Shown here: positions 40,726 to 54,810 of the stretch, in pieces | Layout: each line of letters begins with the position of its first letter | Numbering within the stretch: the first letter of the stretch is position 1 | DNA from: Octopus vulgaris | Taxonomy: Eukaryota | NCBI GenBank assembly: GCA_951406725.2 | Contig: OX597828.1 | Span: forward strand, 72,912,001 to 72,976,000 | DNA length: 64,000 nucleotides | Direction of reading: 5' to 3' | The notes under the pieces: generated by a model | The model's input: only the letters and a program-made list of their open reading frames with translations | Databases searched by the model: none | Told to the model about the DNA's origin: nothing | Made by a program: the position numbers and the translations under genes

Positions 40726-41035
40726 AACCCACAAATCAGAAATAGTCGGGCACTGGACGAGAGCGTGCAGAACGATTTCGTTGCTCTGTGCTCCTCTCGG
40801 GCAAGCCCGGTTGACTGCACTTTCATGTCTGTGGAGATTACCCCGAACCAGCAGTGTCCAGAGATAGCACTGCCACGTCAAGGATTTCTGGAAATTATCC
40901 ATAGGCCGCGGCCCGAAAGTTCTCCGGAACAAACCAGGCCAACTCATTCTCGTCGACACCCAGAGTCTCTCCGAGAACGTTGTTGCACTTACCCGCCACT
41001 AACCCTCTGTAGAATGCCTGCGTGGAACTTCCACC
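40726..41035 (-). mobile_element. L1/Tx1-type LINE ORF2 C-terminal (zf-RVT) fragment
   Basis: W..LF...FQKSLTW....LLVR..L.R......CPR.....E...HAL..CP....LW pattern in minus ORF 40696-40959. Confidence 0.65.
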
Positions 41036-41054
41036 GATATTGTTGTTGTTGTTG

Positions 41055-41092
<38 letters not shown>

Positions 41093-41107
41093 AATAATAA
41101 TAATAAC

Positions 41108-41181
<74 letters not shown>

Positions 41182-41183
41182 TA

Positions 41184-42898
41184 TACTAGCGATTGTCAAA
41201 CAATTCAGTGATGACATCAGAATGCAATTTGGCCTCGATAAATGCGCAAAAGCTACCTTTATCAAAGGAAAAATGACAGAAACATCTAACGTTAACCTTG
41301 ACCAGCAGAATGTCATAAAAGAATTAGACCCAGCAGAGAACTACAAGTATCTAGGGGTAATTGAAGGAGAAGAAATAAGGCATTCAGAGATGAAGGAAAG
41401 GATCAGGAGAGAATGTTATCGCAGAGTAAGAGCAATACTCAAGACAGAGCTGAATGCGAGAAACAGGATCGAAGCGATCAATGCATTAGCCATACCAGTC
41501 GTGACTTACAGTTTCAGTATCGTTAACTGGTCGATTACTGAAATATGTAATCTTGACAGAAAAATACGAGAACTGTTGACAATGCATAGAATGCACCACC
41601 CTAAGGCAGATACAGAACGACTTTATCTGCCAAGAAAAGAGGAGGCCGTGGACTTTTACAACTGGCAATAACAATGAAGATTGCTACAATTGGCCTAGAC
41701 ACCTACCTGAAAAACTCTGAGGACTGGATGTTAAAACTTGTCTCAAAACATGAAAACAAGAAAGCATCATACTCAGTAACAAAACAGGCAAAGGAATATC
41801 TAAGTGAATTCCGAATACAACAAATTTCGGAATTAGAGATAGACATACAAGAAACAGGCACAGAAAAAGCTAAGCGCATGAAAACCCGTGCTAAATCTGC
41901 GGCCTTAGATATTCTGAATGATAAATGGCAAGAAAAACCTCTCTATGGCAAATACCCAAAGAGAGTAAATAATGCAGATGTTGACAAAGCCCTGACCCAT
42001 CAATGGCTAATGGCCTCTGGCTTAAAATCTGAAACAGAGGGGTTTATCATAGCAGCTCAAGATCAATGCCTACCAACAAGAAACTACCAGGCCAACATAT
42101 TAAAGATCAGAAGCAGTCCAACGTGTCGTGTATGCAAGCAACAAAATGAAACCATTGACCTTTTGATCTCCAAGTGCAGTCTTCTAGCGCCTACAGAGTA
42201 TCTCAACAGGCACGATAGAGCTGCACAATATATTCACTGGGTAATCTGTAAAGACCTGGATTTGCCCCATGAAAAAAAATGGTTGGAACACAAACCACCC
42301 CCAGTGCTTGAAAATGACCACATCTCACTCCTCTGGAACTTCACCATTCAAACTGACAGAAAGATAGATGCAAATAGGCCAGACATCATATTGAAAGACT
42401 TCAAACAAAGAACATGCCTCCTCATTGATATGACTGTCCCAATCGATATAAACGTATCTGTCAAGACCTACCAAAAACTGAGCAAATATAAAGATCTTGA
42501 AATAGAAATCAGCAAAATGTGGAAGCTGAAGACTAAAACAATACCTGTTGTCATAGGTGCCCTGGGAATGATAGCAAAAGGGGCAGATAGCTACCTAACT
42601 CAGATACCAGGAAACCCAAAAATGGCAGAAATTCAAAAGATAGTGCTCATGGGAACTGCTCATATCCTACGCAAAATACTTTCTATGTAATCTCAAGGTT
42701 TAAAACAAACATAATTTTCGGTTTAAGAAAAAAAAAAAAAAAAAACTTTTTTTTAGACATTCATTAGTACAACACCCCCCCAAATATATGGCACACTAGG
42801 CATAACAACAACATGAACTTCCAACCCTGTTGTCTCTTGAGGTCTCTGGGTGAGACTTGGAGCCAACTTGTACAAATACAAAGCAAAAGTCAAACATA

Positions 42899-42900
<2 letters not shown>
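41184..42900 (+). mobile_element. 5'-truncated R4/Dong-clade non-LTR retrotransposon inserted in (TAA)n
   Basis: FSDDIRMQFGLDKCA and YKYLG (RT); CRVC...ET..L...C Zn knuckle; RHD, RPDII, IDMTVP and KYKDL (REL endonuclease). One frameshift near 41640, stop at 42690. (TAA)n lies on both flanks. Confidence 0.92.
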
Positions 42901-42992
<92 letters not shown>

Positions 42993-43216
42993 AAGAGGAG
43001 GAGGAGGAAGAAAAAGAAGAAGAGGAGGTGGAGGAAGAGGAAGAAAAAGAAGAAGAAGAAGAAGAAGAAAAAAAGAAGAAGAAGAAGAAGAAAAAGAAGA
43101 AGAAGAAGAAGAAGAAGAAGAAGAAGAAGAAGAGGAGGAGGAGGAATAAGAAAAAGAAGAAGAAAAGAAGAAGAAGAAGAAGAAGAAGAAGAAGAAGAAG
43201 AAGAAGAAGAAGAAGA
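42901..43216. repeat. (AAT)n/(AAG)n/(GAG)n microsatellite
   Basis: Direct inspection. Confidence 0.95.
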
Positions 43217-43859
43217 CAGGCTGTGGATCTCATGGCTTCTGGTCTTAACTTATTGGAAGTGTTATCACGTACATTGTTTTGTTTTGATATAAAAGATGGA
43301 CAACAGCAAATATTCTACTCAATACCTCAGATTTGCTTGTCAGTTGTTTGACCTTAACCAGTTGAGGATGTCCTTTGTTGGTGGCTGACGATATGGGCAT
43401 CTCTGATCACGAGTAAGGAATAGTGGGGAAGCATCATAGTCATGTGTTGAGAAGAATTCTTTGGAGTTTGAATAATTCATCTCTGGATGAGCCTGGTCTT
43501 AAGTTGGGGTTTAAACAATGGCAATTAAATATGGTTTTCAAGAAATTGCAATCATGTCGAGACATCTCTCGGCAGTTTTGGAACATTTTTCTACGTCTAT
43601 TCCACCAAACCGGGATGGGCTTATATGACTCGAAGAAAATTGGGTCCCACCTGTAAGGACATGTGCTTTTCATCTTGCTATGAGATCATCGTGTCACCGA
43701 CACTTGGTTGTGATGCATAAGCTTGGTGTACCCATATCAGACGGGTAGTCATGATGGATATATATATTAGGCTTCGTATATTTGTACCCCACAGTCACTT
43801 TGATGACATGTGCTGCCGTCTCACCCAATAATAATAATAATAATAATAATAATAATCCT

Positions 43860-44051
43860 TTGTACTAAAGGCACAAGGCCTGAAATTTGTGGGGAGGGGA
43901 CTTGTCGATTACATCGATCCCAATGTTTTACCGTTACTCATTTTATCGACCCCGAAGCGATAAAAAAGGCCAAGTCAACCTTGATAGAATTTGAACGCAG
44001 AACGTGAAAACGGGCATTTTGCCCGGCGTGCTAACGATTCTGCCAGCTCGC
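43860..44051 (-). mobile_element. SINE family B, degenerate
   Basis: ttttatcgaccccgaag...gaatttgaac...cggcgtgctaacgattctgccagctcgc. Confidence 0.7.
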
Positions 44052-44686
44052 AATAGCAATAATAGTAATATGAATGAGGGTCAATCGTTTAGTTACAAGG
44101 TCAATAATTTTGAAGGAAGAAAGTAAGGTGATGCTGTGGACACGAGTATTTAAGTGGTACTCTATCTGTATTTTATCCACAAACACCCTTCTGCCCACAA
44201 GGATGAAATACCGAATCTTAGAAACTAAAACGGTTTTCATCGCAATGACCTAACCAGGGTTTCTCGTTTCTCCGGTTCCTTCCTGGAGGAGCAAGGCCAT
44301 ATCCAAATACAGCGAAGATTTTAGGGAAGTGTGTTCTACTAAAGAGCTTGAAAGCAAAGGAAATGGCTTAATATCCAGACTTCCTTAAGTGTCAGGCTTC
44401 AGATATTTGTTTGCTAAGAACAATTGTAGTATTTGAGGCTCTTATTGTTGCTACTGTTGCTACCGCTGTTGTTGATGATGATAATGATGATGATGTTGTC
44501 GACTTCTGAAAAAGAGGAAACTGTACAAAATGTTCACTCGTTAATAAAAAATTAATTAATCATATTTGTTTCAGCTTTACATATTAATTTAATTCTCTTA
44601 ACAACGCGGTATTTCCTTTACAGCTTGACCGCACTTGCTTTATAATAACGATAATAATAACGATAATATTAACGATAATAATAACG

Positions 44687-44737
<51 letters not shown>

Positions 44738-44749
44738 TTAATGATAATG

Positions 44750-44809
<60 letters not shown>

Positions 44810-45140
44810 TATACTGACCCACAGGAAAAGCATCTACAGTGGATTTCCAGTCGCCTAGAAATAGTAGCCATTATGTCCCCACTCAAGTTATACCCTGCCG
44901 TAATGCCATGTTAGATAATGTAGGGACAGATCACTTAAGAAGTTGGGACTGTCACAGCCGGGATGCCTTACGTGAAAAACCTGCTTAATCAAGTTTTAAC
45001 TGTGGCAAACCAACAATAACAACAACTAACGAAGAAGCTTCTGTGTGGTCACATTATCTGCTAGAAGTGTTAGCCAACACAACCTCAAAGCACACCCGAC
45101 AATCTCAAAAGAAACAAAGCAGATTTCAAACAGACAATAT

Positions 45141-45339
45141 ACTAGGGGGTACAGAAAGTTTCTTGTTTTAAAGGTATCTCAAAAGACTTGGCTGGAGGCC
45201 CAGCCTTCCGAGTTCTTTTGCAGGACCGTTGCAATAAGTGCGTGAATCTGAGAGGGGAATATGTTGAATAAAGTCATAATCAACTCATCCTCTTGTATTT
45301 TCTTTTATCAAAGCCAAGAACTTTTCAGCAGTCCTTCGA
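45141..45339. mobile_element. Mariner-derived MITE
   Basis: Degenerate TIRs agggggtacagaaagtttctt / aagaacttttcagcagtccttcg. The right half is homologous to the terminus at 30972-31060. Confidence 0.6.
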
Positions 45340-47076
45340 AATATTAGAAAGACGTTTTAAAAAGGCGAGCTGGTCATTGTTGGAATATAGTTTTTGTAGA
45401 TCCTGTGAGTCTGGTTTAAGTTGAGGGTTAAACAATACCAATTACATGTGGTTTTTAAGAAATCGAAATCATGTCGAGATATCTCTCGACAGTTTTGGAA
45501 TATTTTCGACGTCTATACCATCAAACATCCTTCTACGTTCTACAAGGATTCAAGATAAATTTACAAAGAATTTACGTGCCCTATTCTGTCACCAAAACGT
45601 TCTTCGTTAATATATATTTCCTATTTCTTTCAATTCCGTAAAAGAACCGCAGGTGAATGCTTTTCCGGAGCTTGTTACGATTAATTCCTTTATGCTTTAT
45701 TATATTCTACGGCATATAGGTCGTATAAAGTGTAAACACGTAGTGCAATCGTTCAAACATTGTCACTATTTCTCCAAATTCTGCTGCATTTCACATGGAA
45801 AATTTGGTCCTCGAAAGTCGTCTTGGTGTATAAGTCGACCTTATTTTTCTTTTTGTAGGTAGGAGTGGAAATTTTGTCCTAAAAAATTCGAGTTATAATC
45901 AGGAAAATACGGTAATTACTTCATTAATTTTAATCAGTTCCAGACGGTTGAAAGAGTTAAGTCTTGTGAGTCCCGTCTTGAAAATTCCATCTTACAACAC
46001 AACTAGTCGGCTTCTTCACCATTTCTAAGACTCAGTAATCTATTTTACTGTGGGTGGTGAAGTTATGTTTGTTATTTAGAACCAGGCTACTTTTGGCCGT
46101 GTCTCCCATCGATGATCAATGACATTTCAGCGGTGGCTATCTCGTCCTTTTTTCCACAATATATCTGGAGCTACGAGTAGAGAGGCGTGGGTGTTATTTC
46201 TAGCAATTTATGTAACCATTTAAATGCTGACAGGTTACCGCCAGAAATAGATATTAAGTTAATAATATATGCGTGTGTATACACACGCGCGCGCGCCCAC
46301 ACACACATGCACGCACTCACGCGCGCACATACACTCATAAACTTACTGTTAAAAACGTCCCAAAAATACTAATACTCAATTTCGTGTCTTTAACGATAAG
46401 ACTGGGAACTTCATATATCGGTGGCACTCGCAAGATTTGCATAGAATTAGGACTCGAGCTAACAAGATAATAGAGGGAGGACTACGAAAGTCAACAGATG
46501 TAATTTGAAACGATTGATGAAGACGGGATACATACAACTTTTCGGCCAAACACGAGAATGATGGGTAACGCCTGGAAGGAATCCTTAAATGGATAGGAAA
46601 GAGGGAATTAGTAAGAGAGGAGAAAAAGGTTGACCGGCAGGCTAGGTGTCCGGTGGCGAAATTGCAGAGGAGGGAAAATTAGTCACGAGTCACGTAGAAG
46701 GGAAGGAGGATGAGAGAGAGAGAGAGAGAACAGGGAAGGAATGGAGAGAATCTACTATTAAGTGTGAGAAGACGAGAGAGAAGGAGAGAGGAAGTAGGGA
46801 TGCAAGAAAAGGAATGAGAGAGAGAGAGAGAGAGAGAGAGAGCAAGAGAGAAGATAGAGTCGCAAAAAATATATGAAATATCACTATTAACAAAAGTTGG
46901 GATACGTGGCGTTCAGTAACGCGAATCTTTTGCGGGTGCCGCCGATATACGAAGTTCTCAATCTTATCGTTAACGGCACGAAACTGGGTATTAGTATTTT
47001 CCGGTCGATAACTGATGAAGAATTACGGTCCTTCTGCATCTCTCCTATGTGTACGTTCTGTTGTATTTAATGCATT

Positions 47077-47128
<52 letters not shown>

Positions 47129-47307
47129 AAAACGATGTTACTATACACGAAATTTTATAACATTTTTCTAACATAACGATTTAAATATATTCTTTAATTT
47201 AACCAAATAACACAAGTCTTCTGTAATATTTTTCACTCTATTTTGTCTTTTATACATCCAACTATATGCTTTCACATACTAACTCTCTCACCCGATATAT
47301 ATATATA

Positions 47308-47559
47308 TATACTTTTAGAAATAAAAGAGTGTATAAAATACTTTTATACGCAAAGAGGAGACCAATGACAGGCTTCTTTACATGCTAAACAGGCCAGTTA
47401 AAATCCAAACCACGAAAACATGTTATAACGGCGTGCATCATGGATTCTCCTTTTCGTAGTTTGGGTTTAACTGGCCTTTTTAGCATGTAAGGAGTCCTGT
47501 TAGTGGTCGCCTCTTTGTGTATAAAAATATTTTATACACTCTTATATTTTTAAAAATAT
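47308..47559. mobile_element. Foldback element (about 110-bp arms)
   Basis: 47308-47418 is the imperfect reverse complement of 47451-47559. Confidence 0.75.
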
Positions 47560-47897
47560 GTTATGACTTAAGACTTTTATTTATGCATGCTAACCACTGG
47601 TAATAAATCATTTTAATTTATCACACTCATAGAGCCTGTAGTGTTGCCGTCTTGACATTCGGTGTGTCTTGACCATTTTCACATCTGGCAGTGCCTATGC
47701 CTCTCTAGATATGACTAAAGCTAACTTCTTCCGGAATGTAGAAAGATATTGGTACTTGGTTTATCAACGCCGAAAAGATGAAATGCAAAGTTTGACTTCA
47801 ACGGGATTCGAACTCAGCGGGTAATCAGCCGAAGCAATTTATGTGACATGCTAAAGATTTTGCCAACTGGCTGCTTGCATCGTATACGTATATATAC

Positions 47898-47939
<42 letters not shown>

Positions 47940-48020
47940 GCACATATGTATATGTATTTTTGTATTATATATACATTTATACATGTATGTATCTATTTGT
48001 CTATATCTATATATCTACCT

Positions 48021-48080
<60 letters not shown>

Positions 48081-48246
48081 GCGTATGTGTCTATAACTAT
48101 CCATATAGACACAGTATATAGATACATCCATCAATACACCCACACACACACCCCACACGACACACAAAAGAAACACATATACACACCTAATATTTTGAGT
48201 TTCTCTTTTGGCATTTGAATGAAGATAAAGTGAATTTGAAGATAAA

Positions 48247-48360
<114 letters not shown>

Positions 48361-48742
48361 AAAAGAATAAAAAGTCACGGAGAGAAACGGCGGTATGGTA
48401 ATTTAAAGCATCAAAGTATCAGAAATTCTTTTAACATAAGATTAGTGAGGGTTATCGGAATTTAGTCATGGTGTGTATCATATAACCGTTCATCTCTTAC
48501 AATGCAGGCGGGAAGACGAAAAAAGAACACAAGAGAACAGACGACATTTTGTAAGAGAACAGACGATAGGTTTATGCTTTAAATTTGTTTCACTTGTGTG
48601 TGTCATTCTGTAATCTATAAGAAAAAAACAACTCAGGGTTACATATCTGCACTATGGCAGATTATACATACGTGAGGGTGTTGGATAAAGAAAGGATGGG
48701 GAATAGATCCATCGTGCGTATTTATATACACACAAGCTCACA

Positions 48743-48793
<51 letters not shown>

Positions 48794-48851
48794 GTGTGTG
48801 TGTGTATGTATGTATATATATATATATATATATGTATGTATATATATGTGT

Positions 48852-49023
48852 AGTGGCTGTGTGGTATAGCCGCAGGAGTGGCAAGTACCTTGCTTATCAA
48901 CCAAATGGTTCCGGGTTCAATCCTACTGCGTGGCACCTTGGGCAAGTGTCTTCTACTATAGCCTCCGGCCGACGAAGGCCTTCTGAGTGGATTTGGTAGG
49001 CGGAAACTGAAAGAAGCCCGTCG

Positions 49024-49101
<78 letters not shown>

Positions 49102-49295
49102 TGTGTTTGTGTTTGTCCTCCAAACATCGTTAGTGTGTTTCTGTCCCTGTAACTTAGCGGCTCGACAAAAGAGACCGATAGAATAAGTGCTAGGCTTACA
49201 AAGAATAAGTCCTGGGGTCGATTTGCTCGACTAAAGGCGGTGCTCCAGCATGGCCGCGCTCAAATGACTGAAACAAGTAAAAGACAGTAAAAGAC
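48852..49295 (+). mobile_element. SINE family C with internal (TA)n
   Basis: Full body and tail; the head is slightly rearranged. Confidence 0.88.
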
Positions 49296-49953
49296 GTACA
49301 TACATGTATATATACGTACATATATACATATATGCATGTGTGTGTGTGTGTGTGTCTGTGTCTGTGCGTGTGTGTACTAAACCTGGCGGGAATAGGATGA
49401 GGACATTCTGTACTAGGAAGGGCAGGTGACATCTTGATTATATATGTGTGTGCGTGCGTTCATTCGTACCGACATGCGAATGTGTTTGTGTAGTGTGTTT
49501 GCGTGTGTGTTTGCGTGTGTGCATGTGTGTGTGTGTGCATGTATGTATGTGTATACGTTCGTATAGAGGGACAGACGTTGAGCGGTAATAATCCAACTGA
49601 TAGATAAGCGAGAAAGCAAAGTGAGTTGGTGGCGTTTGAGAATCACGCAATAAAAATGTCGGCCTTAAATGTCCTGAGGTCTTTTTCAATTTATAAATTA
49701 ACTGGATCAACATTGGCTTTGTTACTTTTTTCTAAGGTTTAACAATAATCAAATTATATATATGGAAAAAAAAAAAAACAAATCCGTAAATGAAACCAAA
49801 CATATTGAAGGAAAAATAAATTTGTAATTTGATTGTTTTTTTTTATTCTCCTTTTGCCTATAAAATGTCCACCCGCAAATGATTTATTCGGTAAAGATAA
49901 AGCACATTTCTTGTTTAAAAAACCTGTTACTTTAACCAGCATTTCTACCACCA

Positions 49954-49986
<33 letters not shown>

Positions 49987-51770
49987 GCATCATCATCATC
50001 ATCATCATCATCACCACCACCACCTGCGCCACTACCAGAAACATCACAAGCGTCATAGCTATTGTCATCACCAACCCACCAACTCAACCCAACACCACTT
50101 TCAACAACAACAGCAATAACATCATTACTACCTGGAAAAATCGTTAGAGTGTGGCATTTATTCTAAGTCGATTAATTATAAGTTCGAATCCCACCAAGGT
50201 AAACACTGCCATCCATCCTTCCTTGGTCAATAAAATGAAGTACCACTCATGTAGGGGTGTAGATTTAGTCGATTGACCCCTTCCACAGCTATTTAGAAAA
50301 GTTTTTGTGCCTTGCATAAAAGACTGGGAATATCCAGTGTTGTGTTAGTCGAGGAGTAAGGAAGCCGCTACTGAATAACCCGTACAAGACTGGAAGAGCA
50401 ACTTTATACTGTAAATTCTTCTCGACATAGAATTATAGAATCTGGGAAATATGTACGCTAATAGGGTGGCATCAGCAACTTTGGTGTAGTCCTGGATACT
50501 CTGGACGTCCCCCTCTTGAAATCCCTTTCCTCGCTCATGTCTTTCCTACAGCTGCTGACCTACAACGGTATAAACAAAGCATTAACGACATCGACAATGT
50601 CACCGGCCTTTGGAGGACCCGCATGGCTGATAGGCTCTACCTTTCCCTTCAGACTTGTATTGTCCTTAGTAGATCTATCCGCGAAAATTTCTACTTCATC
50701 CAATAAACTGAAGAATTGACTGGTGCTGGATCTAGCCTTGTTCGTGCTTTGGACGTTATAGATCACATTGAAGTGCGCGACACGGTTGAACATTGCTACT
50801 TGGAGGATCTAAACGGCTGATTTGGGACTTACTTCCAGAAGAAAGTTCGCTACGACGTAAAATGGCATGTGTTCGGCGGTCAAGGTAAACAGTTATATTT
50901 TGATTCTCCATTAAGGATTCCCTTTCCATCTCTTCTAAATGTTGTCACGTTGAAGCCATTAGTGAGGACGTTAGAGACATTGTAGAGCATCGCACTCAAA
51001 GTGGCTTTCAGAAACGCAGTGTCTGAAAGTCGCCACCACTCGTCGAGTATTGAAGCAAATGCCGTCATTCCGGAAGGGTGAGATGGAAGCAGGTGTCACT
51101 ACAATGTCGTGGAGCTTGTAACTTGCCAAGTTCATTGACCAGGTCTGCTGATAGAGAAAAACAAACTTAGAAAGATAAAACAAGGAGAGAGTTACTGATT
51201 TTAGTCAGGAATGACCTGAGAGAAAGGTATTTGTAAAAATCGGGTGGAAATGGTTAACGCTTCCATCGCTTCGATAATGAACCATCACCTGTCCTCCAAG
51301 CCTTGTTTCAGGAAGCATTTGATCAGATGGCGTCTATGTTCCCGTTGTTTCTTTTAGAAAGGAGGGGTTCCGCTTTTCAAAACTACATCTATTTCCAACA
51401 CTCACTACAGAGGTTCTTGCGCTGTCGTGGTTAATGATCCGGTGGCATGCGATCAAACTGGAGCATCTACAACGATTCTTTTCATAATTTTAATTCACTC
51501 CATAATTATATTACTAACTCACTGTTGTAAATCTGTCACTTTCTCTAATCTTATTGTTAATCTTCATTTTAATCTTGTTGTTGATTTAGTGTAATTCTGT
51601 CTTAGCTAGGATTAAAAGTTTATATTTAGGGTCAATGCCATCTTAACGATCCTTAACTGTTAAATGTGACTCCCGTTTATGTGTTGGCTTTTAGTATTAA
51701 CATTGCTTTATGTATATGTTACTCATAAAGTTTTCTTGTCTCTATCGTTAAACGGTTCTATATATTGAAT

Positions 51771-52155
51771 GGAGGCGGAATGGCCCAGTGGTTAGGGCAG
51801 CGGACTCGCGGTCGTAGGATCGCGGTTTCGATTCCCAGACCGGGCGTTGTGAGTGTTTATTGAGCGAAAACACCTAAAGCTCCACGAGGCTCCGGCAGGG
51901 GGTGGTGATCCCTGCTGTACCCCTTCACCACAACTTTCTCTCACTCTTACTTCCTGTTTCTGTTGTACCTGTATTTCAAAGGGCCGGCCTTGTCACTCTC
52001 TTGTGTCACGCTGAATATCCCCGAGAACTGCGTTAAGGGTACACGTGTCTGTGGAGTGCTCAGCCACTTACACGTTAATTTCACGAGCAGGCTGTTCCGT
52101 TGATCAGATCAACCGGAACCCTCGTCGTCGTAACCGACGGAGTGCTTTCAAAAAA
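51771..52155 (+). mobile_element. Full-length tRNA-derived SINE with 9-bp TSD
   Basis: A box tggcccagtgg, B box ggtttcgattccc. TSD atattgaat at 51762-51770 and 52156-52164. Confidence 0.9.
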
Positions 52156-52209
52156 ATATTGAATCCATCTCATGGATTATTAGCTGTCAATGAATAGGAA
52201 AGAATACTG

Positions 52210-53000
52210 TGTATGGTGTTAATTTTTACTTACAGATTTTGAAAGGAAAGGCAGAGCCCATCAGCCATGCGGGTCCTTCAATGTTGGTGACATCGTCGAT
52301 GCCGTTAATGCTTTGTTTATACTGTTGAAGGTCAGCAGCTGTAGGAAAGACCTGAGAGAGGAAAGAGATTTCAAGAGAGGGACGTTCAGGAGATCCAGGA
52401 TTGGACATTGTTTTGAATATGAAAAAAGAAGGATCGGACGCAACAAGGGCAGTGAGAAATGGAGCAAGGAGTGCGTTGGGGTGTCTGCTTCGAGGGGGCA
52501 GAAGAGATTATTTTTCCGATATAAAGGAATATAGAGAAGGAAGACAGAACACATATAAACCAACTGTGTCCGTTAGTGCTGCAGTGTCAGTAAACCGTTT
52601 GACTCTTGTCCGGATGCGATCCAAGATATCAATGTTTGTATCAGGAGCAACGTCTCAGATGTGGGAGCAGTGCGCTGCTGTGGGCCTTATTAGGGTCTTA
52701 TAGAGTGCCAGCAGCCTTGGAAAGCTTTGTAACTTGGGGATTAAAATATCTTCTGTTCCCAAAGTGAAGATCTGGTTTTCGGGATGCAGTCTTAAAAACA
52801 CTAAGAACATGCTTCCGCTAGGAGAGATCGTCGGTCATAGGGAGGCTCAACATTTGGAGTGATTGTGTGGACTTCAACTGTTGCTGCTCGTGTTTAGAAA
52901 GGATGTGATGTAATGGTGTTTTCTTAGTTCTGTTTTTTTTTTTGCGGTGTGAAGGTTGCATAGCCGTTGGAGAATGCCCTCAAAATCAATCTTTGTTTAT
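52210..53000 (-). mobile_element. Degenerate LINE (jockey/CR1 group) 3' portion
   Basis: Minus strand LLALYKTLIRPTAAHCSHI (LYK..VRP.MEY.S..W motif). The 3' part is homologous to 50485-50652 on the + strand. Confidence 0.6.
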
Positions 53001-53088
53001 GATTTGGCGCATGGTGTCTAGGTTGTGTGTGGATGATGTCTGGTTAGAAAGGAATGAAGAGTCGAAGTGGCATGTCATCTATGTAAGA

Positions 53089-53217
53089 GTGTGTAAGTGT
53101 GGTGTTGAATGTATGAGGGGTGTTGAATGTATAAGGGTGTTGCTGAATGTGTAAGGGTGTTGTTGAATCTGTATAAAGGGTGTTGTTGAATCTGTATAAA
53201 GGGTGTTGTTGAATGTA
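53089..53217. repeat. Minisatellite, units of about 18-23 bp (gtataaagggtgttgttgaatct)
   Basis: About 6 imperfect tandem copies. Confidence 0.8.
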
Positions 53218-54443
53218 GCAACAAGTAGCTCACTGATATATAGAAGGTAGGGAGGTAGGAACGAACCTTGCAGAACACCAGAATTGGTTAGAGGAAGGCA
53301 GAAAAGGCTCCATCAATACATGCCTCAATGGAACGATCAGATTGGAAGTAGTTACGAGTCTGAGCGAAACGGAATCTTGAACACTTATAAAGGTAGTTTT
53401 TTTTTTAACAAATTCTACAAAATTCTTACGGAAACATCAATAAATAAGAATATTTACAAATATTTCAGAAAAATGGACAACTTCATAGAAAGGGAGTAAT
53501 AACCATGCTTAGAAGAATAACAATAAATTCCCAGAAAGTACTTTTGTTATTATTCATCATCATAGATCCGCAAAGAATACATAAAAGAAAGCCTAACAAA
53601 ATTAGTGATCTTCGTCGCGGGGAAAGAAATAACATTTAAATTCTGTAATATAATATTAACAGCATTAAAAACACCTTTATGGAACTAAAAGATCTTATGA
53701 TATGCAATTTCATGTCACAATAATTGAGTATACATTGTTTTATATTATATTATGTTGATATCAGAGTATGCAGTCGCTTCTTGATAAAGACGGTCTTCTG
53801 ACATACAAAAACAAAAAGAAGGAAATATACCCTTGCATCTAATAAAAAATATTACAAATAACCCCTAAACTAATAGCAAACGACATAAAACTTAAAAGAC
53901 TTCTTTTCAAAACAAAAGACACGAAGTACATTACCTTAATAAACGTATATGAGTATGCATATCGATATGAATATCTAAAAAATATCTATGTATGAATATA
54001 TAAAATCAAAATAAGTAACAAGATGTAAAGTAGAAATGCAGTACGACCGTTTCAAGCGGCTCCATTTAATTGAACAATATACTCATTACGTCAATTTAAA
54101 TACAGCGCTACTTTCAGCTGCAAGAAATATGCATTTTCAACTGACATGATATATTGATATAGTTTTCTCTTAGATATTTTAAGAGAGCAACAGGGTAGAA
54201 GAATTTCATTTTGTCGCTATTGCAGCAAGAATAGCTAAGAGAAGAACCAACTACAATTTTTAGTGGCATGGAATACAATGGGAGGTCATAGGGTTGTAAT
54301 TCATTGGCAATTTATCTATCCCCTTATCATCAACGAAAAATCTAAGAGTAGAAGACCGTGTTTATTTAGAATACCGCATAATGTGAGTTGACAGCTCATA
54401 GCTGGCTGTTAGTCATAAATTTCATACTGTCACAAGTATGTAT

Positions 54444-54486
<43 letters not shown>

Positions 54487-54757
54487 TGTGTGTGTGTGTG
54501 TGTGTGTGTGTCTTAATATATATGTATGTGTGTATGCATGTATATATATGTTAATATATATAAAGAAATACAAAAAATGGGATGAGAACGCAAAATATCC
54601 AGACATGATACAAATAAGGCACAAGAAAAAACAAGCACAGGTCTTTCGGAGTTTTCTTTCGAGTAAGGACGAATTAAATTGAGCTGGCGCGTGTGGAAGT
54701 GAAGCCTTGTGGCAGAGACATAAGAGATGATAGGCATGGGGAGGAATATATATATAT

Positions 54758-54807
<50 letters not shown>

Positions 54808-54810
54808 ATA

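Noticed and set aside
41674-42690. 338-aa host gene
   Set aside because: It is the Zn-knuckle/REL endonuclease end of a truncated R4/Dong-like retrotransposon.
51771-51846. tRNA gene
   Set aside because: It has A and B boxes but no proper acceptor stem, continues into a SINE body, and is flanked by a TSD.
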